Below the pieces are notes generated by a model that did no database searches, was not told the origin of the DNA, and was given only the letters and a program-made list of their open reading frames with translations. Shown piece after piece: positions 47,409 through 61,210 of a stretch of DNA of 64,000 nt (position 1 is its first letter; every line of letters begins with the position of its first letter). The DNA lies in the NCBI RefSeq assembly GCF_006345805.1, contig NC_043006.1:54622001-54686000 (forward strand), given 5' to 3'. The stretch is from Octopus sinensis. Its lineage: Eukaryota. A program made the position numbers and the translations under genes.

Positions 47409-47859
47409 TTTGCTGCTATTGGGATGGAAGCTGGAGCTTGATCAACCCCGACTAAGTCAACTGGATGAGGGGTCTGATGCTAAAAGACTTGAAACCCACC
47501 GAAAGTCCAGAAACATCACTGATACAGCATTCGCAAAAGGCATTTTTAAAACTAACAAAGCAAGGACGATAACCCTATATTGAGTAATCTCCCTTTACTT
47601 TTAAAATTTCGTTTGTCGTCTGCTTTAACAAAAATTTGCAACGTATATAGGGTTAATAATGTCCAAGAGCTTTCGGTAAAGGTTGTTTTTTTTTTTTATC
47701 TCTCCCTCTTTTCCATTAAAGGGATGTGCAAATAAACAGACAGGAATTTCTTTTCCATTCTTTGCTGAAACGATAGCATATTTAATAAAAAAAAATCAGT
47801 CCTTTTTTTCTGATTATCAAGTTTGGTCTGAAGATTAATATTTCTTGAAGGATTTCTGC

Positions 47860-48180
47860 AGTGTGTGGGAGGAAGGATATATTGGTGGGAGGAGCGTGTA
47901 GAAGAGTGTTGGGGGTAAGGTGTGTCCGTGTAAAAGTGTGTGATGGAGGAGTGTATAGGGAGGAGTATGTATGTAAGGGAGGAGCATGAGTAGAGGAAGA
48001 GTTCATGGGAGGTGTGTGTATGTGTGTCTAGAAAGATTGCACAGGGGAGGAGTATATATGTACGTGGAGAGTGTATGACGAACACATAGAGGGAGGAGTG
48101 TGTATATGAGAGTATGCACGTGTAAGAGTGTGTTAGAGGAGTATGTATGCTGGAGGTGTGAGTGTATGGGGGAAGTTCTA
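47860..48180. repeat. Imperfect purine-rich minisatellite (GGGAGGAG-TGTR core)
   Basis: About 12 recurrences of gggaggag/gaggag with spacers of variable length. Confidence 0.7.
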
Positions 48181-49665
48181 GTCAAAGAGTCCTGTTGTTC
48201 TATGTGTGTGTATAAGAGAGAAGAATCAGTGTGTGAGTGTGTTGGTTTCCTGTAAGTATGTGTGCTTGTTATTCATGTATGCGTATACATGTATGGCTAT
48301 ATCTATATGTACAGGTGCATTTGCTGTGGGTGTGTATGTGGGACGAAGTGATAAAGACAGATCTTAAGGATATTGGGCCTTATGACAATGGACTGAAAAT
48401 GTCTGGCGATATGAGGTTCTTGAGAAGACCCGCCCATGTCAGCAAAACTGAATTCTAGAAGCACTGTGTGTTTCACCCACACATATAAGAAAACTTTCCT
48501 CACATCCTGCCCAAACAAACCAAACTACATCTCTACATCTATTCCACACATTTCTTCTTTCGTGCACTATGCTCACCTCTCACTCCCCAATCCTGTCCTC
48601 ACTGCCCTGTTTCTCTGTATCATTGCCATCTGGTAGACCCCCACCTGCCCTCAGATTTTCCCAACTCACTGCATTCCCCTTTCCCACTCTCCACTCATGC
48701 TTCTTTGGGAATGTCCTGTCACTTATATTATGACCTTTGAACCTCAAGGGTATGCCCTGGCACTTCTCACCATCTCTCTCTCTCTTCTTTTAGTTGACCA
48801 TTCCATTTATATTCTGATCGCTGTCCCTTCTGAGTATGTCTGACACTTTGCCATCATCTCTCTCCTGCTGTCTCCCACTCTCTCTCTCCTTTTCCTGCTC
48901 TTCCCTCATGTTGGGTAGCCATGTATCTCCTTTACAGCAGTATGCCTGTCTCTGTCCTCATTCCTGATCTCTCTATTTCTCTCTCTCTCTCTCTCTGGTT
49001 AGATTATCTTGTACCTCCTCTACAGTAAGATATCTGTTCTGTCTCTCTGTCTCACTAAAACCTTTCATCATCTGATATAAGATCACCTCTTCCAATGTCC
49101 CCTTCCCTCTCAAAAGATTTTTGTCTTGCAAGTTACTCAGTGACCCTGTCAGTGCAGGTGCCACTTATAAAGCATTCTGTCAGCACTGTAAAGTGGCCGG
49201 CATTTGGAAGGGCATCCAGCTGTAAAAACCTTGCCAAAACTGACCTCGCCTGTGCTTGTGCCATGTAAGAAGCCCTCAGTCCACTCTGCTAGGTGGTTGG
49301 TGTTAGGAAGGGCATCCAACCATAAAAACCTTGCCAAAACAGATACAAAAGTCTGGTGCAGGCTTCTACCTGGCTGACTCCTGTCAAACCATCTGCCCCC
49401 ATACCAGCATGGAAGGCAGACGTTAAGCAATGATGATGATGTATGATGTATTGTGTAAGTTTGTCGGCATGTATGCATATGAAAAAAACAATATGTTTCT
49501 GTTGGAGTACTTGTGTGTGTGTGAGAGAGAAATATGTATAAATATCTGTGCGTGTGTGTGTGTGTGATGAATATAAATGTATGTGCATGGATGTGTTTGA
49601 GATGTATACAAGTGCATTACATGGGTGTGTGTGTATGACTGTGTGAAAGAGTACATTTATGAGTA

Positions 49666-49668
<3 letters not shown>

Positions 49669-49742
<74 letters not shown>
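49669..49742. repeat. (GA)n microsatellite, about 37 units
   Basis: Seen directly. Other long microsatellites: (TA)n 11143-11174 and 63921-64000, (CA)n 45028-45068, (GAT)n 54490-54550. Confidence 0.95.
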
Positions 49743-49744
<2 letters not shown>

Positions 49745-51365
49745 GAATATGGTGCTATGAACATGTGTGTGAGTATATGTAGCTGTTTACAAGTTTTATC
49801 TCTTATTTCTCCATTTATTGTATTCTCTCTTCTCTCTATCCACTTAAAAACTAATTAAGTTTGCTCTGCCAGATCTGAAATATTTGCAATATGCATAGCA
49901 TATATGAGTGGAGGATGTTTCATATCTCACATTTACTGCAAAGCACTTGAGCCAATGCAGGAGTCTAAATATGGTCACTCAACATACGAAAAACTGAGGC
50001 CAATCTTCTTCAAACCAGACCCTACTGACTGGAATACAAAACAAAAATACCTCACTCCCTAAAAAAACAAACAAAAGAACCTAAGATGCATTGCATAAAG
50101 TAGCCTGGGGCTACACTCTTCTTGATAAAAAACTACAAAACAAAAGAAGTGAAAGGTTTATCTTCTTCAAAACTCAGTGCATATGAATGGTTATGCTTGC
50201 TTTGCCTTGGGATTCAATAATAATTTGTGAGTGGAATTTGGTATGCGTAAAGCATACATATTTATGTATGTGTGTGTGTGTGCGTGTGTGTGAGAGTGTG
50301 TGTGTGTGTGTGTGAGAAAGAGAGAGAGAGAGAGAGAGAGAGTGTGTGTGTGTGTGTGTGCATGCATGCATTTGTATGCACATATTAAGGTTGTTTGTCA
50401 GTTTTCAATCTATGGAGAAATAGCTTAATTTGTTTTGTTTACATATCTACTATATAGTTTATACACACACACACACACACACATGTGTGTGTGTGTACAT
50501 TTGTGTTATCATCATCATCATCATCATGTAATGTCCATATCCCATGCTAGCATAAATTGGACAGTTTGACAGGATCCAATAGATCCAAGGACTGCATTAA
50601 GCTCCACTGTCTACTTTGGTATGGTTTCTTCAGCTGGATGTTCTTCCTAATGCCAACCATTTTACAGCATGTACTGAATGCTATTTCTGCTCTACCATCA
50701 CTAGAGAGGTTGTCATGCATCTTGCAAGACCATGAATCCTGAGAGAAGAAAGATTAAATTATAAGAGAAGGGACCAGAGCAGAATAGTTTTCTTGATGTA
50801 GAGGAGCCACATGATAAATCACGTTTTATAAGAGAGAGTTGGGGTGATCAGGATGGAGCTGGGAAGAGATAAAAAGCAGTAGTGAAGAGATGTCAGGGTG
50901 ACTCTGAAGGAACAAGGTGAGTAAAGTGAGGTGGGCCACATCAACATGTAAAATGTCACCAATTGATTAGAAGAATCACAGAGAAGACAGTGAAATATGA
51001 AATAATTAGCCTGAAGAATTTGGAAATCTACATAATTTCTAACAAAACAACTGTCACAAATTTAAACTCTATTTTTCGTTTCTTTATTATATATATATAT
51101 ACTGTATATGTATATATATCATCATCATCATCGTTTAATGTCCGCTTTCCATGCTAGCATGGGTTGGACGATTTGACTGAGGACTGGGGAACCAGACAGC
51201 TGCACCAGGCTCCAGTCTTATCTGGCAGAGTTTCTACAGCTGGATGCCCTTCCCAATGCCAACCACTCCAAGAGTGTAGTGGGTGCTTTTATGTGCCACA
51301 GGCATGAGGGCCAGTCAGGCGATACTGGCAACGGCCACGCTCAAATGGTATTTTTTGCATGCCAC

Positions 51366-51401
<36 letters not shown>

Positions 51402-52624
51402 GTGTGTGTGTGTATGTATATATATATATATATATATATATACATGTGTGTGTGTGCTGGTGCCATGTGAAAAACATCCAGTCTACACTGTATTTGGAAG
51501 GGCATCCACCTATTAAAAACTACTCTAAAATTGACCTCACTTGTGCTGATACCACGTAAAAAGCACCCAGTCCATTCTGCAGGGTGGTTCGTGTTAGGAA
51601 GGGCTTCCAACAGAAAAAACCATGCCAAATATTGAAGCCTGGTGCAATTTTCTACCTAACCAGCTCCTGTCAAACTGTCCAGCCCATGCCAGCATAGAAA
51701 GTAGATGTTAAATGATGATGATGAGGAGGAGGAGGATAATGGTGGGACATCATTAATTTTCAAAAGTAGCCTGGCAAATCATTTGAGTTAATTTAAAGAC
51801 AAAAATAAAAGGTTCCAAACGAATCTGAGCAAATTAATCTGGTCTTTTAAGGACAGTAACAAAGACTATACTATTAAATGGGAATTATACAGACCTGGGA
51901 CCAATAGATGTGACATATGTTTAGAAGAATTTTACTGGATTTTCACATCCAAAGGTATTGTAGTAAATTCTAGACAGGAACAAGAGGGGAACAAGCACTA
52001 AGATGCTTGCACATGAGGAAATTCACATTTGCCAAGTAGAAATGAATAATTATCATTTAAACTATACACGGTTTTGAAATGATGGAGTAAAAATGATTAT
52101 CCAATAAGAAATTGAAATGGAGATTGTTTGCGTCTTAACTTAATGGACAGCTCAATATTATACAATGCAGAGTAGCTAAAAGAAAATCTTTAAACAGCCA
52201 AGTCAAAGGATAGCAAGTAAAGACTCTGAAGAAACTGCACCAGTTTTATAGTAGGGTTGCAATTGCAATGGTTACTAATCGGTGCAATTGAAACATGTGT
52301 TGGTCTATGTAAGGTGGTATATAAATTAAAGAATTAAAAGTAATGCTATGCAACTTCATAGTAATTATTATTACTCTTTTACTTGTTTCAGTCATTTGAC
52401 TGTGGCCATGCTGGAGCACCACCCTTAGTCGAGCAAATCGATCTCAGGATTTATTCTTTCTAAGTCTAGTACTTATTCTATCGGTCTCTTTTGCCGAACC
52501 GCTAAGTTACGGGGACATAAACACACCAGCATCAGTTATCAAGTGATGTTGGGGGGACAAACACAGACACACAAACACACACAATTACACACATACATAC
52601 ACAGACACACAAACACACACAATT

Positions 52625-52659
<35 letters not shown>

Positions 52660-53071
52660 CGACGGACTTCTTTTGGCAAATATCCATCAAATGTAAATAA
52701 TGTAAAGAATCCCTTATTTGGCAGAAAAAAAAAGGTAAGGACTGACAACTGGAAAGTTATCCAGCTGTAAAAATCATGCTTCAAGTAACTCCTTATCCAA
52801 CTGATGCTAGCAATGAAAAATGAACATTAAATCAACAAAATAAAACTGAAAAGCGCATCAGTCTGTGACATGACCCTCTCTCCTCTTAATACAGACATGA
52901 TAATCTGATGTAAGTTTTATCCATGGAAGGATCATCATCATTGTCATTCTTTTTAATATCTACTTTGCCATGCTTTTATGGGTCATACAGAATTTCTTGC
53001 AGAATATTGGAAGTGAATAACACTGCTAATGTGACTTTGATGCTCATTTAACAATGTCAAGACAAGGACAC

Positions 53072-53107
<36 letters not shown>

Positions 53108-54268
53108 GCACGCATGCACGCACACGCACACACACACACTCACTCACACACATGCACGCATGCACACACACACACACAGAAGATGGGCCAAAAGTCACGC
53201 ACCAAAATATTTGATAATTTTGTTTATATTACTCTAGTATTATTATGGTAGCAAGCTGGTAGAATTGGTAACATGTTGGGCAAAATGCTTGGCAGCCTTT
53301 TGTCCATCCTTATGTTCAAATTCAGCCACAATTGACTTTGCCTTTCATCCTTTCCAGATCAATAAAATAGGTACCCTGACACGGGCTCAGCTGGCTCTGG
53401 CTGACAGTACTTGGTATGAGCCCCTATCCAGGGTTACGGAAAGAAGACAACCTTCAAAGAAATCCAGAGTGGAGCCCTGTAGGCAGTTTAGTGTTCGACA
53501 CTCTTTTGGCAGCTCCTGCAACCAAGCTGGTGCCAAACGTAATGCTCTGGACTCCTATGGACTACATCAGCAAGGTTGAGAGAGGAATCCTGATGATTGG
53601 GCTACCCAGGATTTTCTTACACCTATCCCAGGCTTGTGTAAAACTGGAGGGGACATGAAATGTAAAAACCAGACTGGATTAGTTTATGTGCAACTCTATC
53701 GTCTCCCGAGACAAAAGGATGCCAAGAAACAAATATGCACTGAACTTGATGTAGTTGATTAGCCCCTCACCCAAAATTTCAGGCCTTGTGCCTATAGTAG
53801 AAAGGATTATTGTTATTCATTTTATTCATCATGTGCAAGTATGTAGTATTCATCATTAGTTTACTTATTTTATTCAATTTTAGGAAATTTGAAGCATGTC
53901 TTTGACAATTCCAGAGTATATTGAACTTATTTTATGTGTGACTTTTGGCCCCACCCTGCATACACATGCATGCATACAGACAGACAGGCAGACAAACAAA
54001 CCAACAATAGGCTTCTTTCAGTTTCTGCCCTCCAAATGCACTCATAAGTCTATGGCCAGCCCAAGACTGTAATAAAAAACACTTGCTGAAGGTACCATGC
54101 AGTGGGACTGACCTTTAAACTGGTTGGGAAGATAACTACTTAATCACACTTGATCAGCAATTTGAAATAAATACTATACAACTGGTTTTATTTAAACTAA
54201 TGAAATATACTTTCTCATGGTCACTTGTAGGAGTTGGATGGGTTGGTATGTTTAGGGTTAAAATCTTA

Positions 54269-54363
54269 GCCAAGGTTGAAGTGTATTGCCAAGATCACAG
54301 TGCATTGGCAAGATAACATTATGCTTCCCAGGTCAAAGTGTACTGCCAAGGTTGCAGTATACT
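54269..54363. repeat. 19-bp minisatellite, about 5 degenerate units
   Basis: gccaaggttgaagtgtatt / gccaagatcacagtgcatt / ggcaagataacattatgctt / cccaggtcaaagtgtact / gccaaggttgcagtatact. Confidence 0.7.
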
Positions 54364-54483
54364 GCTGTATGGATGCCAGACCAACCTAGTGATTGAATCA
54401 GTTGGTGGCGATAGCTTTTTTTTTTTCTTTAAGTAAAGATTTTAAAACACCAGCTGCTGCAGCTACTGATGATGATATGATGA

Positions 54484-54515
<32 letters not shown>

Positions 54516-55859
54516 ACGACGACAATGACGATGATGATGTTGCTGATGATCTGATTGCTAAATCTTACAGCTAACTGCTGAAATCATACATCAGTAGGTG
54601 TAATTGAACACTGATATTATCTGTGAATTCTACCATAACCATTGACTCATTATCAGCAGCATTCCTGTGATATATATCTATTTATCTTCAGGCTTGTGAT
54701 TCTGCAGTGCAACAGGAGATCCACTTACATTGCTATTACCCTCAAAGTAGACAAGAATATTTTAACCTCCCATTTCTACCTTCTGCAAGAAAAAAAAAAG
54801 TTGTTGGTTTTTTTTTAGCTCCTGATACAACAACTCTATATCATCAAAAACATTGCAGCTGTAACCTTCCCAATCATTTTAGGGATATCTAGGACTATTA
54901 TCCAATATAACCTTATCTTTTGAAAGACAAAAGGGTGTGATTTGAGGGATATTTTGGTCGTTATTTCTAGCAGGTTGAGTGATTGCACAGAGACTTCTTT
55001 GTCCTGTACAAATAACTGAGAGCTGTATTATATGTTAATAATAGCAAGAACAGTATTTTACCATAAAAATTTCAAATCCTGTTATTGATTTCACTTGTTG
55101 GGACTTATTTTCATGGTTGTAAAACAAATTCATGAAGGTGTGAGATATCATAGATTGAACTCCAAAATATTACTGGTACTTACTTACTGCATGTGGAGGT
55201 GCATGGCTTAGTGGTTAGGGTGTTGGACTCATGATTGCAAGATTGTGGTTCTGATTCCTGGACTGGGCAATGCATTGTATTCTTGAGCAAAACACTTCAT
55301 TTCATGTTGCTCCAGTCCACTCAGCTGGTAAAAATGAAGAATCCTGTGATGGCCCAGTGTCCCATCCATGTGGGGAATTTATATGCCAAAGAAACTGGGA
55401 AACCGGTCCTATACTCTTTATGGAGTAATGTGGATTAATCTAAACTTACTGCCTTACCCAGGAGAGTGGCAAAACAAAGTAGGTTCCAATGGAGATATAA
55501 TCTCAGAAACAAACAACTTCAAACTAAGTATCAGAAGAGCTTTACAATAGCTCTTGTCCTGAGTGTATCAAAAGACCATCTCTATTGTTCTAAAATAACT
55601 GATTTGTTATGTTGGCACATGATTACTAATTTGAAGGTATGGTCAATTAAATTGATGCCAGTGTTTCAGCCTCAGACAAAACAATGATACTTTAATGGAG
55701 TACAAAGTTTCATGAATAATTTTACATTTTGTTCATAAAATTTTGAAATAAATTGGTTTACTTAGAAGAAGCAAAATTTATTTGTTGCAGAAAGAATAAT
55801 TATACAGACATGGGCAAAGGTAGGTATACAGCTATTTAATATGAGTGGAATGTTCCTTT

Positions 55860-56150
55860 TCATTTCTCTATTTCTTTTTTTAGGTAAGTGGTTCATAAGT
55901 CGACTAAGAGATCTGCAGATGTCTAGTTCATTGGAAGTCCTCTTTTTTGATTTCTGGAGTCTTTGAGTGAATGCTTGAGCCACAAATATTTAATTTTCTT
56001 CAGTACTAATACTGTTTTTCTGTGCATTGCAAATGGACCCAGTCTGCTTAAATTTGTCATATGTTCTGTAAACTGTTAATCTTGATGGAGCTTTGAAGTT
56101 CTTCAGTCCATTTTTAACTAACCATTTCTGTATAATTTTCCAGTGGTGCT
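55860..56150 (-). mobile_element. Tc1/mariner (DUF4817-type) N-terminal HTH relic
   Basis: APSRLTVYRTYDKFKQTGSICNAQKNSISTEEN*IFVAQAFTQ...SKKRTSNELDI. Confidence 0.6.
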
Positions 56151-56218
56151 TTTGTTCATTGCAATAAATATCTGAAATTAGGAATAATTAACGTGTATAT
56201 ATATATGTGTATATATAC

Positions 56219-56249
<31 letters not shown>

Positions 56250-56291
56250 ATATAATATATATATATATATAAGCGATATATATATATATAT

Positions 56292-56690
56292 AGGCGCAGG
56301 AGTGGCTGTGTGGTAAGTAGCTTGCTAACCAACCACATGGTTCCGGGTTCAGTCCCACTGCGTGGCATCTTGGGCAAGTGTCTTCTGCTATAGCCCCGGG
56401 CCGACCAATGCCTTGTGAGTGGATTTGGTAGATGGAAACTGAAAGAAGCCTGTCGTATATATGTATATATATGTATGTATGTGTATGTATTTGTGTGTCT
56501 GTGTTTGTACCCCTAGCATTGCTTGACAACCGATGCTGGTGTCTTTACATCCCCGTAACTTAGCGGTTCGGCAAAAGAGACCGATACAATAAGTACTGGG
56601 CTTACAAAGAATAAGTCCCGGGGTCGATTTGCTCGACTAAAGGCGGTGCTCCAGCATGGCCGCAGTCAAGGGACTGAAACATGTAAAAGA

Positions 56691-56700
<10 letters not shown>
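56292..56700 (+). mobile_element. Full-length young OR-type tRNA-derived SINE with an internal microsatellite
   Basis: A box GTGGCTGTGTGGTAAG, B-like GGGTTCAGTCCC, central (TA/TG)n, tail GTAAAAGAG. Flanked by (TA)n and (GA)n. Confidence 0.9.
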
Positions 56701-56726
<26 letters not shown>

Positions 56727-57115
56727 ATATATATATATATAAAATACAAAATGGGACAAGAACGCAAAATATCCGGATAGTTATGTGATACAAAAATGGG
56801 ACAACAAAACATCCAGATAGACGATACAAAGAAAACAAGGACGGGTCATTCGAAGTTTTCTTTCCTCAGTCAAGTACCAGATTATCTTTACAATTTTGGC
56901 TGATTATACTTCAGATTGCTCCAATCTGGCCAGCCCCAAGGAAAAACTAAGCTAAGAGCATTAGATTCCTTGGAAGAAAGCAGCAAATGTATACAAAAAC
57001 AAAGACGGAAAAAATGGACAATGTTACACAAATACAATAAAAATAATAACAGGACACAACAACAGGTGTTGTTCGACTAAAGACGAATTAAATTAAGCTG
57101 GCATGTGTGGAAATG

Positions 57116-57146
<31 letters not shown>

Positions 57147-58439
57147 GATTCATACATACATACATACATATAGTCAGAGGACACTTGCCCAAGGTGCAGT
57201 GCAGTGGGACTGAAACCATGTGGTTACAAAGCAAACTTCTTAACCACACGGCCATGTTTGCACTTATGCTATGTTTAATGGCTTTCACCCAGAGTCAACA
57301 AGAGAGTTAATAATGCAATTATTCAATATGCTAGAAATAGCAGTCAAATCTTTCTCAGATCATATCCTACTACCTTAAAAAAAAAGACAGAGAAAGGGTA
57401 GGTTATGTAGTGTAGTCTAAGGTGCAGTATGTCAGACAATATAAAGCAAACAAAACAAAACAATATTCATGTTTGAAATGCCTTTGGCCATAACTGACTA
57501 GGAGGCTAAACCGCTGCTGCTACTACTACTACTACAATAGAATAATTTGGTATTTATTTTGAAAACAAGTCTTAAGCAAGAAAAGAATTGCTTTCACTTT
57601 TCCTCCCCACCTCTGTCTTTCATCTGTCTGTTTATCTATCTGTTTCAGTTCTTCCAATCCTTTCCAGTACTCTAGTATATTACTGGTGTTTTGTTAGTCA
57701 GCCCTTGACAAGTGGTGGTCTTCGAAATTTAAATTGAAGATGTCAATTGTTTATTGTATAACATCACATAGAATAGTGTTATGTCTGCCACTCACCTCTA
57801 TCACTACCAATACATACTAAATGATCTAGTCCTTTGTAGAATAGAGTGCTATCTAAGAATGTCATTATTTGTCAACTGTGAGTCACAGAATCAATATTGA
57901 TATTTATGACTCAGATAGTAGTTCTAATGCGACAGAATTTTCAATATGGAATCATATTCTGAACGGAATGCAAACTGTTAAACCAAACTTGCTTGAGACA
58001 CAATCTTCATGAAGAAATTCTCTCTGGAAGTTTCAAATCTCAAGAGTATTTGAGTTGAAGCCATTCTGTCACTTTAACCGGAATTGTAACATTGAACCTT
58101 TTATTGAGGATAATTGCCACAATATAAATAACATGGTAAATACTATAGAGAAAATATTTTGCTAACAATCATCCATGACCTTGTTTTGTAGACATTTCAC
58201 TTCTCTAGTATTATTTCTCAGGGCTGTGAGAAAAATTTGATCAACGTCTAATAATCTTGTTTCTTGTATTTCCAAGTAAATCTGATACTTTGAGCCATTA
58301 TAAGAAATCAATATTGGTGACTCATGTAGACAATAATATTGATTGCTTGGAGTTGGTGGAATTAGAAGAAATGGTAGAGCACCAGACTACTTGTTTCTTT
58401 TATTATTCAACTTCACTGTTCTAATTCTGAGTTCAAATT

Positions 58440-59207
58440 CTGCCATTATTGGTTTCAAGTTTTGGTACAAGGCTAGTGATTTCAGGGGAGGGGTTAAGTT
58501 GATTAAATTGATCCCAGTATTCAACTGGTACTAATTTTATCAACCTTGAAAGGATGAAAGGCTAAGTTGACTTTGGTGGCATTTGAACTCAGAACATATA
58601 GAGGGATGAAATGCTGCTAAGCATTTTTGCCAGTATGCTAACGATTCTGCTGGCTTACTACCTTAAATCATGCCATTAGTGACTTTGGTAAGGTGGTGAG
58701 CTGGCAGAATTGTTAGCATGCTGGGTAAAATGCTTAGCAGCATTTTTTCTGTCTTTATGTTCTGAGTTCAAATTCCACCAAGGTCAACTTTGCCTTTCAT
58801 CCTTTTGAGGTCAATAAAATAAGAACCAATTGAATACAGGGGTCAATGTAATTGACTAGTTTCCTCCCACCAAATTTCATGTCTCATACCGCTAATAGGA
58901 AGGATTATTTTGGTTTCTATCTATTTAGAGTCAATGAGATAAATCTCAGTGATATAATAAGTGATATAATAATAGGGCAGCGAGATGGCAGAATTGTTAG
59001 CACACTGGGTGACATGCTTAGTGCTATTTCGTCTGCTGTTAGGTTCTGAGTTCAAATTCCGCTGAGGTTGACTTTGCCTTTCATCTTTTCAGGGTCGGTT
59101 AAGTAAGTACCAGTTACGCACTGGGGTTGATGTGATCGACTTAATCACTTTGTCTGTCCTTGTTTGTCCCCTCTATGTTTAGCCCCCTCTGGGCAATAAA
59201 GAAATAG
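58440..59207. mobile_element. Cluster of three OK-type SINEs (about 58440-58658 minus, 58692-58880 plus, 58975-59207 plus)
   Basis: The core CTTTGCCTTTCATCC is present in each copy; the first two are head-to-head. Confidence 0.8.
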
Positions 59208-59536
59208 ATATAATAAATAAATTCAATAGATTGTTCCCTCCTTTGTAACAGTTGGCCTTATATTCTAGTCACCTGAACTGAGACATGTTTTAAAGGAGAC
59301 AAGGGAAAATCTGAAGTGATAAGATTGGGTCAAGACTAGACGACTAGACAGAACATTTAATTGCAAAGGGCAGTTAGTCACATATTTAAGTAATAAAAGA
59401 GTGCTTTTGAATATTTCAAATGTTTTCAATGTTAAAGATAGCCTAATTATATCATTGAAACCTACAGTGGTTATTTGTGGTGAACTGCTATTTATAATTA
59501 AATTATCAATTAATATAACTTCTAGTTCTACTTAAT

Positions 59537-59653
59537 GTTTTTAATGAACATTCTATGAAAGCATTAGTTCTTGTCTAGTTACCACAGTTAAGCAACATTG
59601 AGCCTAGCTAGAACTTAGATGGGTGAGTACTTGGGAAATGTAGGTACTGTAAG
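59537..59653 (+). pseudogene. 5S rRNA pseudogene (or 5S-derived SINE3 head)
   Basis: ttcttgtctagttaccacagttaagcaacattgagcctagctagaacttagatgggtgagtacttgggaaatgtaggtactgtaag aligns to the invertebrate 5S motif TTCTCGTCCGATCACCGAAGTTAAGCAACGTCGAGCCCGGTTAGTACTTGGATGGGTGACC...GGTGCTGTAG. There are many substitutions and an A-rich 3' flank. Confidence 0.75.
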
Positions 59654-60993
59654 AAAAATTGTTAGTTAACCAATTTATGTTCCAAACACTAGCTTAATGA
59701 TAATCAAGTTATTTTACAAAATTCTTTGTTATGTTTAAAATGATTGAAAGAAACACAGAGCATCTCAACAGAAATACGGTAATGAAAGGGTTAATGGTGG
59801 TGCTCTCTGGATGAAATTAATAACAGATGATAAAATAGGATAATAGATTTGTAATTTAGTTGCTATAGAGCCAGTAAGCAAATGCTAAGACTTTATTCTT
59901 ACTTATCTTCATCATTTAACATCTACTTTCTATGTTGGCAATGAACTGAATGGTTTGTCAGGAGCTAGTAAGCCAGAGAACAGCACCAAGCTATACTGTC
60001 TGTTTTAGAGATGGAGCTTAATAAAGCGTAAACATCTAGAGTTTTCCATCATGCTTACTTGACCAATAATGTTAGCTAATGTATAATATTTTTCTTTATT
60101 ACCTTATTTAATCATACTACAGTTATTATTTCTAATTAATTAATTATTGAAAATTATCAGTCATATGTTTTACTGGTAGGAACATTATCTGGGAAGAAAA
60201 ATACGTTAAGGAGCAGGAAAAATGATAAATTGTAATACTGACTGGATTTGACGGTGCTTAAACATTACCTTGACTGAAACGTGTTTTAAAGGGTCAGGAG
60301 AAATTACTCTTTAGAGGGTTAAGGAAATGCTGTAATATTGATTCCTAATACTGATACAAGGTCATGTATGTTGAAGGAGGGCTATAATCAATAAAATCTA
60401 TCTTAGTACTTGACTGGTATTTTATTTTATCAGCCCTGAAAGGATAAAAGAGAAAGTCACCCTTGGCAGGATTTGAACTCAGAATATAAAGTGTCATAAC
60501 TAAATACTGTAATTAATATTTTCTCCAATATACTAAAGATTCTACCAATCCACTATCCTTCAAAAGTTAAAATAATACTGCCGGATTGGAGAGAAGAAAA
60601 TTAACTGAAAATAACATGTTTTAATAGATAGAAGAATGTTAAGTAACATTATCCATGGTGCTTTAGTAACAACATGCATGAAATCAAATGGTTTCAAGTG
60701 AAAAATTAAAATAGGTCAAAGATTTGAATTACAAATGATATTCATTTTTCTTAACAATGTTTGTCATGTATAAAAAAAAAAAATAATTGGTGACTTGTTG
60801 CTACGTATCTTTGTTAATTTCACAAAGAGAAAACACATAAATAGATGAATAAAAAGATCACAATAAAAGTTATATATTCATTTATGTGTATGTGTGTGTC
60901 TGCAATGCCAGCAAATATACATACATACATATATATGTATATATCCACCCATGCTAGCCTGGAAGGCAGACATTAAACGATGATGATGATGAT

Positions 60994-61024
<31 letters not shown>

Positions 61025-61165
61025 TATATGCATATATATATATGTGTGTGTGTGTAAATTGCACAGGTAGATAAAGTGATGTGAGAGAATAGATGTTTAT
61101 TCCATTAGTTAACAGCTGTTTCGTGTTAGTTACACTATGAGCTCTGTTTCATTCTTTGAATCCTC

Positions 61166-61202
<37 letters not shown>

Positions 61203-61210
61203 CACTCATA

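Noticed and set aside
56720-57090. Repeat after the SINE with minus-strand CTGAGGA-AAG/CTT-CGAAT
   Set aside because: GAAU replaces GAAA and there is no closing stem; treated as an unclassified repeat.
58170-58390. ~75-codon stop-free minus-strand frame
   Set aside because: Many frames this long are expected by chance in 64 kb, and it has no motif.
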